NCBI RefSeq assembly: GCF_963921235.1
Contig: NC_086100.1
Coordinates: 201,316,001 to 201,380,000 of the forward strand
DNA: 64,000 nt
DNA from: Mobula hypostoma
Taxonomy: Eukaryota
Reading direction: 5' to 3'
The position numbers and the translations under genes are program-made. This document shows, one piece after another, positions 62,431 to 64,000 of this stretch (its first letter is position 1; the number at the start of each line of letters is the position of its first letter). Below the pieces are notes generated by a model that saw only the letters and a list, made by a program, of their open reading frames with translations, searched no databases and was not told the origin of the DNA.

Positions 62431-64000
62431 CACGTTGCCTTGTGGTGCATACAAAGTCGCCAAGAGTAGTGGGAAACTAGAAGACTGGGAAAACTTTAAA
62501 AAGCAACAAAGAACCACTAAGCAAGCAATAAAGGAAGGGAAGCTAGATTATGAAAATAAACTAGCATAATATATAAAAGCAGATAGTAAATGTTTTTATA
62601 ATTATATAAATCTGAAAAGTGGCTAAAGTGAATGTAGGTCCCTTGGAGGATGAGAAGGGGGAATTGATATTGGGTAATGAGGAAATGACAGAGGCTTGAA
62701 TGACTAGTTTGTGTCGATCTTCATGGTGTACGACATGCCTGACATGCCAATGAGAGATGTTATGGATGCAATGGGAGGCGAGGACCTTGACACAATAGCT
62801 ATCACTGAAGAGGGAATGCTGATCAAACTTTTGGGCCTGAAGATAGATAAGTCCCCGGTCCTGATGGAATGCATCCCAGCGTACTGAAAAAAATGGTAGA
62901 AGTTATAGTAGAAGCTTTGGTGATAATTTACCAACATTTTCTAGACACTAGGCAGGTCCTGGTGGATTGGAATTTGGCAAATGTCACACCGCTGTTCAAA
63001 AAGGGATGTAGGCAAAAGGCAGGTAACTAACATCTGAGATCGGGAAAATGCTTGAAGCTATCATGAAAGAAGAAATTTCAAGGCGCCTGGAAAGAAATGG
63101 ATCCATCAGGCAGATGCAGCATGGATTCAGCAAAGGCAGGTCCTGTTTGACAAACTTACGGGAGTTCTTTGAGGATATAATGAACACAAAGGATAGAGAA
63201 AAACAGACGGACATTATTTATTTGGATTTCCATAAGGCGTTCGATACGGTGCTGCATAAAAGACTTTTCCATAAGATAAAGATGCATAGAATTGGGGGTG
63301 ATGTATTAGCATGGATAGAGGATTGGTTAACTGATAGAAAGCAGCGAGTTGGGATACATGGGTCTTACTCTAGTTGGCGATCAGTGGTGAGCGGTGTGCC
63401 ACAGGGGTCAGTGCTGGGCCTGCAACTGTTCACGTTATACATTAACGATCTGGAAGAGAGGACTGAGAGTAGTGTATCTATGTTTGCTGATGATACTAAA
63501 TTGGGTGGAAAAGCAAATTGTGCAGAGGATATGGAGAGTGCTGAGAGATATAGATAGGTTAAGAACATACAACGTAGAGCAGTACAGCACAGTACAGGCC
63601 CTTTGGCCCACAATGTTGTGCTGACCCTCAAACCCTGCCTCCCATATAAACCCCAACTTAAATTCCTCCATATACCTGTCCAGTAGTCTCTTAAACTTCA
63701 CTAGTGTATCTGCCTCCACCACTGACTCAGGCAGCGCATTCCACACACCAACCACTCTCTGAGTAAAAAACCTTCCTCTAATATCCCCCTTGAACTTCCC
63801 ACCCCTTACCTTAAAGCCATGTCCTCTTGTACTGAGCAGTGGTGCCCTGGGGAAGAGGCGCTGGCTATCTACTCTATCTATTTCTCTTATTATCTTGTAC
63901 ACCTCTATCATGTCTCCTCTCATCCTCCTCCTCTCCAAAGAGTAAAGCCCTAGCTCCCTTAATCTCTGTTCATAATGCATACTCTCTAAACCAGGCAACA
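62430..64000. mobile_element. CR1 ORF2 fragment (+, to ~63560) and young CR1 3' end (-, ~63560 to window end)
   Basis: ORF 63048..63557 is RT. ORF 63435..63998(-) is nearly identical to the end of 28442..30145. Confidence 0.9.

Overview
Eukaryotic genomic DNA that is mostly transposon-derived. The repeat mix (abundant CR1 LINEs with SGNH-esterase ORF1, Rex1/Babar-type LINEs, Penelope, Tc1/mariner) suggests a cartilaginous fish, probably a ray; this is inference. Two tandem + strand ADAM (disintegrin-metalloprotease) genes can be rebuilt from short exons with consistent splice phases. Gene A contributes its 3' end: EGF-like exon 7475-7598, TM exon 9322-9469 and tail/stop exon 18318-18379. Gene B contributes its 5' end: CpG-island promoter ~36960-37540, signal-peptide exon 37273-37402 and prodomain exons 40255-40346 and 53163-53239. 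The remainder is nested mobile DNA. Highlights are an internally deleted Academ(X) DNA transposon (XPG/FEN1-like nuclease, Cys8 finger, imperfect TIRs), minimal hammerhead-ribozyme motifs at Penelope ends, and a tail-less 3'-truncated L1 with a perfect 21-bp TSD. There is also a palindromic MITE built from two mariner 3' ends, two TSD-bounded solo LTRs flanking the gene B promoter, two Tc1 copies and a 1.4-kb compound microsatellite. Most ORF-track entries are TE fragments or spurious. I see no clear evidence of a wholly new biological system; the candidates are ranked under findings. TE boundaries without a stated TSD are approximate.
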